Source of the DNA: a virus
Virus genome (UHGV): UHGV-0373079
Length of the DNA: 36,444 bases
Reading direction: 5' to 3' (one strand)
This document shows, piece after piece, positions 35,688-36,444 of this stretch (within the stretch, counting starts at the first letter, position 1; every line of letters starts with the position of its first letter). Under the pieces are notes generated by a model. It did no database searches and had not been told where the DNA came from. It saw nothing but the letters and a program-made list of their open reading frames with translations. The translations under genes and the position numbers were made by a program.

Positions 35688-35761
35688 CATGTCGCTGTCC
35701 GCTATTCTTGTCTACTCTCCCTTTTCAAGGGATAGAGTAGACAAAAGAATACAGCGAGACA
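35688..35761. repeat. Long imperfect palindrome (about 33-bp arms, 7-nt loop)
   Basis: Left arm CATGTCGCTGTCCGCTATTCTTGTCTACTCTCCC, right arm GGGATAGAGTAGACAAAAGAATACAGCGAGACA. Confidence 0.45.
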
Positions 35762-35819
35762 AAATTTAGCCCGTGAATAAGAAAAATGAAATCTGAAAAT
35801 AAAAATTAAATAACATGGA

Positions 35820-36026
35820 ATGAGGAATAACGTAATGGATGAAATTTTAGAAACGTATCGTAAACTAGGACCAAAAAGTCAGATATTCGCTGAGATTTTA
35901 ATCTATGCTTTTATTGCTTTTCACACTCAAAATAAATCAAGGATTGAAGTTGCAAAAAGTAACAAGAAGACTGTCAATGGACAAAGGACGGTCAAGTATG
36001 AAATTGAGGTGATGCTTGATGATTGA
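35820..36026 (+). CDS. Hypothetical small protein
   Basis: 68 aa. Confidence 0.3.
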   Translation: MRNNVMDEILETYRKLGPKSQIFAEILIYAFIAFHTQNKSRIEVAKSNKKTVNGQRTVKYEIEVMLDD

Positions 36027-36414
36027 ATTTTTTCTAAACATAATTCCGCCAGAAACTACCCATCAGCAGAAGAAAGTCCATGTCATAAATAATAAGCCAG
36101 TATTTTATGAGCCAGACGATTTGAAAAAGGCACGTGCTAAGTTGATGGCTCATTTATCAAAACATGTACCGAATGAAAAATTTGAGGTGCCTGTTCGCAT
36201 GATGGTGAAGTGGTGTTTCCCAGTTGTGGGTAATCATAGTAATGGTGAGTACAAATATACAAAACCTGACTTAGATAATAGTAATAAGCTGTTGCAAGAC
36301 TGTATGACAAAACTGAATTTCTGGAAAGATGATAGTTATGTGGTCAGTTTGATCGTTGAAAAGTTTTGGGCAGACGTACCAGGTATTTATATTAGAGTGG
36401 AGGCGATTGAGTGA
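36016..36414 (+). CDS. rusA: RusA-family Holliday junction resolvase
   Basis: KPDLDNSNKLLQDCMT and DDSYVVSLIVEKFWADVPGIYIRVEAI match the RusA KPDLDN... and DD.qV motifs. About 130 aa. Confidence 0.7.
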   Translation: MMIEFFLNIIPPETTHQQKKVHVINNKPVFYEPDDLKKARAKLMAHLSKHVPNEKFEVPVRMMVKWCFPVVGNHSNGEYKYTKPDLDNSNKLLQDCMTKLNFWKDDSYVVSLIVEKFWADVPGIYIRVEAIE

Positions 36415-36444
36415 ATTGGGATAATGTTTTTAATGATATAAAAA

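Noticed and set aside
1-36444. Searched for tRNA or tmRNA genes, CRISPR arrays, insertion sequences and toxin-antitoxin pairs
   Set aside because: There are no cloverleaf-compatible conserved tRNA motifs (GTTCGA/TTCGAATCC-type T-loops) and no repeat-spacer periodicity. There are no transposase-like ORFs or terminal inverted repeats beyond those described above.

Overview
This AT-rich window reads as a nearly complete temperate siphovirus genome of the low-GC Firmicutes type. The Enterococcus/Listeria-like assignment is an inference from the ArpU-family regulator, XkdX, the XRE+ImmA switch and a Sak4-like protein. The genome is laid out in circularly permuted order. Plus strand, 195-19886: ArpU-like late activator, terminase small and large subunits, portal, minor head protein, scaffold, major capsid, head-tail joining genes, major tail protein, an FN3/Big_2 Ig-like protein, G/T tail chaperones with a canonical -1 slippery heptamer, tape measure, Dit, Tal, fibre-region genes, XkdX, two holin-like genes, and a GH25-SH3-LysM endolysin carrying a signal peptide. 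A 350-bp non-coding stretch with terminators and palindromes (attP candidate) follows. Minus strand: a tyrosine integrase, a small lysine-rich tail-anchored membrane protein, an ImmA-like HExxH peptidase and an XRE/CI repressor. Plus strand again: a Cro-like gene, a Rha regulator, small early genes, an SMC-like ATPase, a Sak4-like AAA_24 protein, an SF2 helicase, a primase-helicase followed by iterons and a long palindrome (origin candidate), and RusA. I saw no tRNA, rRNA or CRISPR array. The most unusual signal is a pair of short, codon-level conserved -1-frame extensions at the 3' ends of both the major capsid and major tail genes. Each encodes what looks like strands A-B of a fibronectin type III domain. 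The ORF after the tail gene encodes the missing strands C-G fused to a Big_2 domain. Together this suggests a split Ig-like decoration system delivered by programmed frameshifting.
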